Source of the DNA: a virus
Direction: 5' to 3' (one strand)
IMG/VR virus record: IMGVR_UViG_3300033143_005193
Location: 1 to 64,000 of that record
DNA length: 64,000 bases
Under the pieces are notes generated by a model, which worked only from the letters and a program-made list of their open reading frames with translations, had not been told where the DNA came from and did not search any database. The translations under genes were made by a program, and so were the position numbers. Below are positions 28,394 to 36,376 of the stretch, piece after piece (position 1 is the first letter of the stretch; the number at the start of each line of letters is the position of its first letter).

Positions 28394-28745
28394 TGATGTA
28401 TTGTTTTAAAAAAGATTGGGGTTGAAATAGAAAATGGCCCCGCATTGATGTATTGTTTTAAAAAAGATTGGGGTTGAAATAGAAAATGGCCCCGCATCGC
28501 AAAATTTTATTGAAAGAGATTGGAGCTAAAATGGAAAATGGCCCCGCATCAATGTATTGTTTTAAAAAAGATTGGGGCTGAAATAGAAAATGGCCCCGCA
28601 TCGCAAAATTTTACATGTGAGTATGCCTTAAAAAAGATTGGGGCTGAAATAGAAAATGGCCCCGCATCGCAAAATTATATTGAAAAAGATTGTGACCAGA
28701 ACCCAAAATGGCCCCGCATTGCAAAATTTTACATGTGAGTATGTG
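28394..28745. repeat. Six 52-bp-period repeats with core AAAATGGCCCCGCAT
   Basis: Cores at 28431, 28483, 28535, 28587, 28653, 28705. Confidence 0.95.
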
Positions 28746-28775
28746 CCCCCGTTGATCCCCATACCCCCACCCCCC
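28746..28775 (-). other. G-quadruplex-forming motif
   Basis: Minus strand G6-T-G5-TAT-G4-ATCAAC-G5. Confidence 0.7.
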
Positions 28776-28862
28776 AAAACTTTTTCCACCCCGGACTATT
28801 TTTTCCTAATGATTTCAATTATTTATCAAATTCGCATAAAATTAGGTTTTTTTTGGTATTTA

Positions 28863-28928
28863 TTAATTTTTTCTTAATTTTTTCTTAATTTTTTCTTAAT
28901 TTTTTCTTAATTTTTTCTTAATTTTTTT
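28863..28928. repeat. 11-bp tandem repeat TTAATTTTTTC, five copies plus a partial
   Basis: Direct reading. Confidence 0.95.
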
Positions 28929-28930
28929 AC

Positions 28931-29182
28931 TGAATGTAATATTGCATTCATTAGTTGAATGGTATTCATTAGCTGAATGGTATTCATTAGCTGAATGGTA
29001 TTCATTAGCTGAATGGTATTCATTAGTTGAATGGTATTCATTAGTTGAATGGTATATGAACATCATACATTGACTGAATGGTATTCATTAATTGAATGTA
29101 ATTCATTAATTGAATAGTATTCACCGACTGAATGTAATTCATACCAACGGCTGAATGTAATTCATTAATTGAATGGTATTAT
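28931..29182. repeat. 18-bp-period array of palindromic boxes TGAAT-N3-ATTCA
   Basis: Intact boxes at 28956, 28974, 28992, 29010, 29028, 29075, 29093, 29111, 29129, 29152. Confidence 0.92.
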
Positions 29183-29205
29183 ATTACTTTAAATCAACCT
29201 AAAGA

Positions 29206-29228
29206 CGCTTAGTAGTAACTACTAAGCG
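29206..29228. repeat. Perfect palindrome with 11-bp arms
   Basis: CGCTTAGTAGT-A-ACTACTAAGCG. Confidence 0.95.
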
Positions 29229-29304
29229 AAGTAAATTTTTAGAGAAGACTTCTTTACTTCCAAGAGAAGACTTCCCCCTAGGTAAGAAATTTTTTATCTG
29301 ATGG

Positions 29305-29451
29305 TTTATGCGCCTATAGGGGAAAATGAGACCAATTTACCCTAATTTGAGCTTATTTCCTTAAAATACAAAAGAATTAGATCAAATTAATATATTTTTT
29401 ATACCATATTATACCATAATTTTTTATGCGCCCATAGGGAAAAATGAGACC
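29305..29451 (-). repeat. Two inverted relatives of the 118-bp repeat unit
   Basis: TTTATGCGCC(T/C)ATAGGG(G/A)AAAATGAGACC at 29305 and 29423; resembles reverse complement of CCCTATGGCGGCATAAA. Confidence 0.75.
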
Positions 29452-29574
29452 CTTATAACACCTTTTCTTTATTTTATAAGGATTTCCTAAATTTGATCTA
29501 AAAACATTGAAAACAAAGAAAAAGATAACCAAAACTTGTTAAGAAAAATATAGCATTTTTTATTGATTTTAGAC

Positions 29575-30402
29575 TTTTATTGATATTAAAGGAAAATGGA
29601 TCAAGTGGGTGAGGTTTGGCCCTATGGCAGAGACCAGTATATAAGGAAAATTCCTTAGTAAAAAATACTAAATTTGGTCTGATTTTATTAATATTAAAGG
29701 AAATAAGCTTAATTTTAGCTAAAAAAGTGAGGTCTGGCCCTATGGCGGCATAAAATGATGAAAAATTGAAAAACATTGATATTAAAGGAAAATGGATTAA
29801 GTGGGTAAGGTTTGGCCCTATGGCAGAGACAAAAATATGGTTAAGTGGGTTTAGTATTTTTTACTAAGCTTAATCTGATTTTATTAATATTAAAGGAATT
29901 GAGCTTAATTTAAGCTAAATTTGGTTAGATTTGGCCCTATGGCAGAGACCAGGATATAAGAGATCTTTTTTAGTATTTTTTACTTAATTTAATCTGATTT
30001 TATTAATATTAAAGGAATTGAGCTTAATTTAAGCTAAATTTGGTTAGATTTGGCCCTATGGTGGCATAAAATGATGAAAAATACTTAATTTGGTCTGATT
30101 TTATTAATATTAAAGGAATTGAGCTTAATTTAAGCTAAATTTGGTTAGGTTTGGCCCTATGGCAGTTACCGGATTAATAAAAATTTTCCTTAGTAAAAAA
30201 TACTAAATTTAATCTAAAAATGTTGAAAATAAAGAAATTGAGCTTAAATTAAGCTAAAAAAGTGAGGTTTGGCCCTATGGCGGAGACAAAAATATGACCA
30301 GGGAGGCTTAGTATTTTTTACTAAGCTTAATCTGATTTTATTAATATTAAAGGAATTGAGCTTAATTTAAGCTCAATTTGGTTAGGTTTGGCCCTATGGC
30401 AG
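29575..30402 (+). repeat. Eight-unit array, period about 118 bp, core TGGCCCTATGG
   Basis: Cores at 29617, 29735, 29813, 29932, 30051, 30152, 30270, 30389. Confidence 0.95.
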
Positions 30403-30676
30403 TTAACCAACTACCCAACTACCCCGTTACACAGTTAACCAATTAACACGTTTAAGTAAATGAAGTATGTTTTGTGAACAATATTCATTAAATGAACTTG
30501 AGATGGAAAATGAGTTCTATGTGTTGTTTGGGTGGGTGAAGATTATACAGTGTCCCAATTTTTCCAATAATTTTCGACATTTACAACATTTTTAACAATT
30601 AATCCAACAATTTTTCCAACAATAGCCACAATTTTTCTAATAATTTCCAATAGTTACAACAATTTTAACAATTAAT

Positions 30677-30727
30677 CCAGCCAATAATACCAGCCAATAA
30701 TACCAGCCAATAATACCAGCCAATAAA
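30677..30727. repeat. 13-bp tandem repeat CCAGCCAATAATA, about four copies
   Basis: Direct reading. Confidence 0.95.
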
Positions 30728-30862
30728 TCATATTATATTATATTACTTTATTTGCTTAAAAAAAATCTAACAATACCTTTTCACCATCATAATCATTATA
30801 ACAACATCCATTATAATACTTGTTTTATTTGACTTAAAGAAAATTAAATAAAAATAATTATT

Positions 30863-31118
30863 TTTTATGTTTACATTTTCTAAAATTCTGTTATAATAAG
30901 CATGGGTTCGCGCGGGGAAAGATATAGCATTAGGGAATAGGATATTGTTAGTATGATAGAATAATGGAATGAAATATATTAGAATAATGTTAGGATGATA
31001 GAATGAAATATTAGATTGTTAGAAGAATATTAGGATATGATTGTTAGGATATTAATATTGTTAGAATGTTAGGGGGGATTTTAAGATAATATGAATGTTA
31101 GAATATTAGGATGTTGGA
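30863..31118 (+). ncRNA. Promoter plus putative C-free non-coding transcript, copy 2
   Basis: First 114 bp identical to 12334-12447; no C from 30929 to 31118; no ORF. Confidence 0.5.
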
Positions 31119-31121
31119 CTC

Positions 31122-31367
31122 TCAATAATTATTCTTTAGAATATCATAACTTTTGTTCTTTACATATAAGGCGAATTCTTTAGATGTTTTCTCATCAAAT
31201 CCATCATTATAATATGATCTAAATACCTCATCTTGTATAATACTTATCATTTTACCATAACCATTCTTTCCTATAAAATTTGGAATTTTATTCTTTATAA
31301 GTGATTTTATATATATAGATGTTATGGTATCAAGTTCTTCTTTTCTTTCTTTTGATAAATCTTTCAT
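31122..31367 (-). CDS. Hypothetical protein
   Basis: ORF track; coupled to 31367. Confidence 0.55.
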   Translation of the reverse strand: MKDLSKERKEELDTITSIYIKSLIKNKIPNFIGKNGYGKMISIIQDEVFRSYYNDGFDEKTSKEFALYVKNKSYDILKNNY

Positions 31368-31615
31368 TAAAAATCTTTTCCTTTTATAATAAGATCACAT
31401 GAGGGAAAATCTACATAAGATGGACTTTCGATTTCATAAGAAGATTTATCTTGATAAAAACATTCTAGTATAGGATCTTCTTGTAGAATCATTCTACGTT
31501 TAGGTAATCTATAATCTTTTATATCATTATCATATAAATCTTTTTGTATAATATTCAAATACCTTTTAAACATTTCTAATAATTGTTGTTTGATTATTAT
31601 ATCGTAATAACCCAT
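31367..31615 (-). CDS. Hypothetical protein
   Basis: ORF track; AAGGA RBS. Confidence 0.55.
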   Translation of the reverse strand: MGYYDIIIKQQLLEMFKRYLNIIQKDLYDNDIKDYRLPKRRMILQEDPILECFYQDKSSYEIESPSYVDFPSCDLIIKGKDF

Positions 31616-31630
31616 ATTATAAAATCCTTA

Positions 31631-31876
31631 TTATAATAATACAATGTCTTCAATAATATCTGGATAAATACTACAATGTTCACTATAATAATACATTAGA
31701 TTTCCAGTATCATCAAATTCTGTAGTACATTTTTTTAGGTGAAATTGATCTGTTTTAACATAAAAATATTGATCACCGTATTGATCGTAACCAATACCAT
31801 CTACTATGAGAAAATCATAATGAATATGATTATTACTTATTGGTCTTACTTTATCACCTTTTTTAAATTTTCCCAT
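31631..31876 (-). CDS. Small SH3/KOW-like protein
   Basis: KFKKGDKVR; AGGAG RBS. Confidence 0.6.
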   Translation of the reverse strand: MGKFKKGDKVRPISNNHIHYDFLIVDGIGYDQYGDQYFYVKTDQFHLKKCTTEFDDTGNLMYYYSEHCSIYPDIIEDIVLL

Positions 31877-31924
31877 AATTTTATCTCCTTATTATGATAG
31901 AAAATATGGTATCACAATATGGGT

Positions 31925-32659
31925 TTAAAGTAAACGTGGATCATAAATATCTGGATCTATTAGATAGAATCCATCTTTTTGGCAATTAAAGATTACTTCT
32001 TCGTTTGTGACTAAGTTAAGATTTTTATCAGTGTATTTATTTTTCATAATAGCGTAAGTTATTCCGTCAAGAATTTTCTTTGTTAATTCTTTCTTTTTAC
32101 GTTCTATTTTTGTATTTGAGACATTTTCATCATCTATCATATCATACAAGCTTTTAATTTCTTTAAAAAGCTTTTCATCATTTAAACGATTTAATTGTAA
32201 GAATTTTTTAAACTTTTCAAATTTATACATTGATTCAACGTTTATATACTTCCAGGTGTCATGTACATATAAGATAACGTTTTCTAAATCATTAGTTAAT
32301 TCAATAGAATCACTCATACCTGGAGCGTATATATACTTCCATGATGAACCTATTGGAAGGAAAATATATGGTAATCCATATGATTTTGCTTCTGAATATA
32401 TTGGTGATGTAAATGTTCCTTGGGAACGACATGGCCAACCGAAGATCTTTTTAGAAGCTTTATCTAGAGATTTAGATCCTATTGGGTTTGAATTAAGTGG
32501 TTCGCGGTCTTTTCTTGGCATAAATTTATTTATAGTAAATAGTTTCTTATATCCACGATATAAAGTAAGCCTAGGGTATTTGTTTAGGAAATAGGAACAA
32601 TCGTTTTTTATTGCTTGAAGTTGTTTATCTTCATTTATAAAATTTTTTAGCCCTGTCAT
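31925..32659 (-). CDS. ADP-ribosyltransferase-like paralogue 6
   Basis: Start reassigned to MTGLKNFINE (AGGAG RBS); LYRG...GTFTSPIYSEAKSYG...NEEVIF. Confidence 0.55.
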   Translation of the reverse strand: MTGLKNFINEDKQLQAIKNDCSYFLNKYPRLTLYRGYKKLFTINKFMPRKDREPLNSNPIGSKSLDKASKKIFGWPCRSQGTFTSPIYSEAKSYGLPYIFLPIGSSWKYIYAPGMSDSIELTNDLENVILYVHDTWKYINVESMYKFEKFKKFLQLNRLNDEKLFKEIKSLYDMIDDENVSNTKIERKKKELTKKILDGITYAIMKNKYTDKNLNLVTNEEVIFNCQKDGFYLIDPDIYDPRLL

Positions 32660-32661
32660 TG

Positions 32662-33366
32662 TTACTCCTTGATGAATTCTTGGAAGACTTCGATATTTAT
32701 TAGATAATAGCCTTCTTTTTGGCAATTAAAGATTACTTCTTCGTTTGTGATTTTGTTGAAATTTTTATCTATATATAATTCTTTCATAATTATTAGAGCC
32801 GATACATAAAGAATTTCTTTTATTTGATCTTTTCTTATATGTTCCGTTTTTTTATTTAAGATATTATTATTAATAATAATATCATCAAAAACAGTTTTAT
32901 AATGGATAAAACGTCCTAAAAATTCTCTTAATTCTTTAATAATATCTGAATATCTTTTTTTATCATTTTCATATACAACTATATCATATAAATCTTCTGT
33001 AAATTTTATTGAATCTTGTGTAATGGGTGTGTATATATACTTCCATGAAGATCCTATAGGAAGGAAGATATATGGTAATCCATACATGCTTGCTTCTGAA
33101 TATACTGGTGATGTAAATGTACCTTGGGATCTACATGGCCAACCAAAAACTTCTTTTGAGGCCCTATCGAAAGCTTTTGATACTATCATACTTGTATGTA
33201 GTGGTTCACGGTCTTTTCTTGGCATGAATTTTTTTATATATATATCTTTTTTCTTACGATATCCACGATATAGAGTAATATTTGGATATTTAGTTAGGAA
33301 ATGATGACAATCATCTTTTACTTTTTGTATTTCATTTTCTTTTATAAAGTTTTCTAATCTTGTCAT
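32662..33366 (-). CDS. ADP-ribosyltransferase-like paralogue 5
   Basis: LYRG...GTFTSPVYSEASMYG...NEEVIF. Confidence 0.55.
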   Translation of the reverse strand: MTRLENFIKENEIQKVKDDCHHFLTKYPNITLYRGYRKKKDIYIKKFMPRKDREPLHTSMIVSKAFDRASKEVFGWPCRSQGTFTSPVYSEASMYGLPYIFLPIGSSWKYIYTPITQDSIKFTEDLYDIVVYENDKKRYSDIIKELREFLGRFIHYKTVFDDIIINNNILNKKTEHIRKDQIKEILYVSALIIMKELYIDKNFNKITNEEVIFNCQKEGYYLINIEVFQEFIKE

Positions 33367-33380
33367 TTTTTAAAACCTCT

Positions 33381-34109
33381 TTAAATTAGAAAATAAGGAT
33401 TTTCTATCCATTTTTGGTAAATATCTGGATTTATTAGATAATAACCTTCTTTTTGACAATTGAATATAACTTCTTCTATAGTGACTAAGTTAAGATTTTT
33501 ATCAGTGTATTTATTTTTCAATACTCTATAAGATAGAATATCTAAAATTTTTAAAGAAACTTTGTTTTTTAGATCTGTGAGATTTTTATCAGTGGAGAAT
33601 TTCATATTATATTTGAATGATGCCATCATGTTATTGATATCTTTATCATGGATATTATGATCTGATAAAATATTTTTATAAACAGCATAAATTTCACTAT
33701 ATCTTGCATTTGAATTAATATATTTAGCAATTATATTCATATCGTATGTTAAGTTTATGGAATCTCTTATATCTGGCGCGTATATATACTTCCAGGAAGA
33801 TCCTATAGGAAGGAAGACATATGGATCACCATATTCTTTGGCTTGTCGTATGATTTTGGTTACAAATGTTCCTTGGGATCTACAGGGCCAACCGAAGATC
33901 TTTTTGGAATCTCTATCTAGAATTTTTGATACTATTGGGTTCATATCAACAGGTTTTCTGTCTTTACGAGGCATTACTTTTAAAACACTAATATGTTTTT
34001 TAACACCTCTGTAGAAAATATTTCTTGGGAATTTTTCTAAATAAAAAGAACAGTCTCTTTTAACCGATATCATATCATTTACTAAGTATTCTTTTAATTT
34101 CATAGTCAC
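33381..34109 (-). CDS. ADP-ribosyltransferase-like paralogue 4
   Basis: FYRG...GTFVTKIIRQAKEYG...IEEVIF. Confidence 0.55.
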   Translation of the reverse strand: MTMKLKEYLVNDMISVKRDCSFYLEKFPRNIFYRGVKKHISVLKVMPRKDRKPVDMNPIVSKILDRDSKKIFGWPCRSQGTFVTKIIRQAKEYGDPYVFLPIGSSWKYIYAPDIRDSINLTYDMNIIAKYINSNARYSEIYAVYKNILSDHNIHDKDINNMMASFKYNMKFSTDKNLTDLKNKVSLKILDILSYRVLKNKYTDKNLNLVTIEEVIFNCQKEGYYLINPDIYQKWIENPYFLI

Positions 34110-34114
34110 ACCTT

Positions 34115-34822
34115 TTAAAGATAAATATCAGGATCTATTAGATAATAGCCTTCTTTTTGACAATTGAATATAACTTCTTCATTTTTAGTTTTATCTAAGT
34201 TTTTGTTTGTGTATTTATTTTTTATAAGTACAATAGCATATTCTTCTGCGATTCTTTTTGTTAATTGTTTTTTTATTGATTCTATTTTTGAAGGGTTTTC
34301 ATTTTTTAAAACCATATCATACCAATTGTCCAAATCTTTATTGAGATTTTTATCATATATTAATTTTTTTTCTGATAGAGATGATTTAAGAATATTAAAA
34401 ACATAATTATAATCTTTTGATTGAGTAGGAATAGCAAATAAATAACCTAAATTATTTATTGTTTCCACAGAATCATCTAATCCCGGAGAATAAATATACT
34501 TCCAGGAAGATCCTATAGGAAGAAAAAAGTATGGCTTACCATAGAATCTTGCATATTCTATATTTTTAGTTACGAATGTTCCTTGGGAACGACATGGCCA
34601 ACCGAAGATCTTTTTGGAGGCTTTGTCTAGAGCTTTAGATCCTATTGGGTCTGAATCAAGTGGTACACGGTCTTTTCTTGGCATGAATTTTTCTATAGTA
34701 AATAGTTTCTTATATCCACGATATAGAATAAGGTTAGGGTATTTATTTAGGAAATAGGAACAGTCTTTTTTCACTGTTCCGAAGCTGATATTGTTTTCTG
34801 TTAAATAATTTTTGAATTTCAT
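34115..34822 (-). CDS. ADP-ribosyltransferase-like paralogue 3
   Basis: MKFKNYLTE; LYRG...GTFVTKNIEYARFYG...NEEVIF. Confidence 0.55.
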   Translation of the reverse strand: MKFKNYLTENNISFGTVKKDCSYFLNKYPNLILYRGYKKLFTIEKFMPRKDRVPLDSDPIGSKALDKASKKIFGWPCRSQGTFVTKNIEYARFYGKPYFFLPIGSSWKYIYSPGLDDSVETINNLGYLFAIPTQSKDYNYVFNILKSSLSEKKLIYDKNLNKDLDNWYDMVLKNENPSKIESIKKQLTKRIAEEYAIVLIKNKYTNKNLDKTKNEEVIFNCQKEGYYLIDPDIYL

Positions 34823-34858
34823 ACTAATATTTATTAAAAAATGAATGAAAAAATAATT

Positions 34859-35128
34859 TTATAATAATAGAGTAAAGTAATGTAGAAGAGAATAATCATC
34901 TTGGATTTCAGAAAGATTTGTCAATAAGGATTTGTAATAATTATCATTATCATTATTATATATTTTTCTGCAAAAATTTCTAATGTCATTTGTGTATTTT
35001 TTTAATATTCTTGGTGATTTATTAACGAAATTAACAATAAATTCTTTTAAAAAATCATATTCATCAATATTATATATATTTATATCATAATATAGGTTCC
35101 ATTTATTAATTAATATAGAAATTTTCAT
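34859..35128 (-). CDS. Hypothetical protein
   Basis: AAGGA RBS; TTTACA-16-TACAAT upstream. Confidence 0.5.
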   Translation of the reverse strand: MKISILINKWNLYYDINIYNIDEYDFLKEFIVNFVNKSPRILKKYTNDIRNFCRKIYNNDNDNYYKSLLTNLSEIQDDYSLLHYFTLLL

Positions 35129-35211
35129 TAGAATTTTCCTTTCATTGGCTTTCTATGTGAATTGTAACAGAAAAATAGAAAATGTAAATGAAAAAAATAA
35201 AATTTTTTATA

Positions 35212-35219
35212 TATAAATA
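35212..35219 (+). promoter_or_regulatory. Late promoter TATAAATA for the baseplate operon
   Basis: Exact consensus upstream of structural genes. Confidence 0.6.
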
Positions 35220-35310
35220 CTATAAAATAGAATAAAAATAATTATAATTATTTATGTTTACTTTTTAGTAAAAAATTATGATAATTATCATTATAAGGAG
35301 AAATGGATAA

Positions 35311-35661
35311 ATGGATTTTTATGGTATTAATATGAAAGGTCCTTTTTATGGTGAAAGAGTTTCTACTTTACCTGTATGGACATCTATCGATGAGGGTAGA
35401 GAAGTTTATTGTCTTGATACAAATAAACGATATTATGGTAATAGCACTGGATGGGTTGAAATACCAGACATAATAAATGCTTCTGTAAAAACGACACCTG
35501 TTGATAATGATTATATACCTATCATAGATTCAGAAGATAATAATACATTAAAGAAAATACGAGTATCAACCATTACTGTTGATTATGATATATTTATATC
35601 TTCAAGTGTACCAACTGGTGGTGATGGAGAAAATAATGATATATGGATACAATACACGTAA
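35311..35661 (+). CDS. Putative structural (fibre-like) protein
   Basis: ISSSVPTGGDGENNDIWIQY motif typical of tail-fibre modules. Confidence 0.55.
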   Translation: MDFYGINMKGPFYGERVSTLPVWTSIDEGREVYCLDTNKRYYGNSTGWVEIPDIINASVKTTPVDNDYIPIIDSEDNNTLKKIRVSTITVDYDIFISSSVPTGGDGENNDIWIQYT

Positions 35662-35978
35662 TAAAACTTTGTTCTCAAAGAAAATCTGATCATTTTAAAA
35701 TAAATGATATTGTTTATTATTTAAAAGATAATGAAATAACAAAAGGATATATAGAAAAAGTGTTTGAAAATTTATATTTTTCTGCTAATATAAATAACAA
35801 ATCCTATGTTTTTTTTATTATTTCACCTTATTTTGTTCTAGAAAAAGAATTTAATCTTCTTTCTGAAAGTAAAGAAAATTGGTATAGTTGGTGTAATCAA
35901 TATAATATAAATATACCATATGAAAAAGCTTTAAGTAATAACTTATCCATAGACATCGAAAAAGATTTATTAATATAA
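35643..35978 (+). CDS. Hypothetical protein
   Basis: ORF track. Confidence 0.5.
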   Translation: MDTIHVIKLCSQRKSDHFKINDIVYYLKDNEITKGYIEKVFENLYFSANINNKSYVFFIISPYFVLEKEFNLLSESKENWYSWCNQYNINIPYEKALSNNLSIDIEKDLLI

Positions 35979-35989
35979 CGGGAGTAAAA

Positions 35990-36376
35990 ATGGCTATTGT
36001 AAATCCAAATAAAACATATTATCAAATTAAAAATAAAAAACTTAGTAATCTTAGTATGCTTAAACTTTATAATATTCTGAAAGACACTGATGATAGAAAT
36101 TACTTCATGAATATTTTTAGATCTTTTGATGTAAATGAAGAAGCATCCAGAAATGTTCTATATTATTCAACATATGAAGTAGGTGAAAATGATATTTTTT
36201 TGGATAACATTTCTTATAAAATATACAAAACACCTCATTTATGGTGGGTCATTGCATTGATAAATAACATACAAAATCCATTTGAAGATTTAAATGTTGG
36301 TGATAATATAAAAGTATTAAAAAACGAATATATATCTCAAGTACTAAAAGACGTTGAAACTATTGGTAGCTTATAA
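35990..36376 (+). CDS. Baseplate wedge protein, gp53-like (LysM-like)
   Basis: LDNISYKIYKTPHLWWVIALINNIQNP; position before hub and gp5. Confidence 0.8.
   Translation: MAIVNPNKTYYQIKNKKLSNLSMLKLYNILKDTDDRNYFMNIFRSFDVNEEASRNVLYYSTYEVGENDIFLDNISYKIYKTPHLWWVIALINNIQNPFEDLNVGDNIKVLKNEYISQVLKDVETIGSL

Noticed and set aside
28931-29182. TIGR-like or other guide-RNA array
   Set aside because: No variable spacers of guide length and no Nop-domain gene seen
28520-29776. ORFs 28520, 28656 and 29498
   Set aside because: Translations of non-coding repeats with no RBS or protein-like composition
29575-30402. CRISPR array
   Set aside because: Inter-core segments are homologous to each other rather than unique spacers, period is irregular (78-119 bp), and no cas genes are in the window
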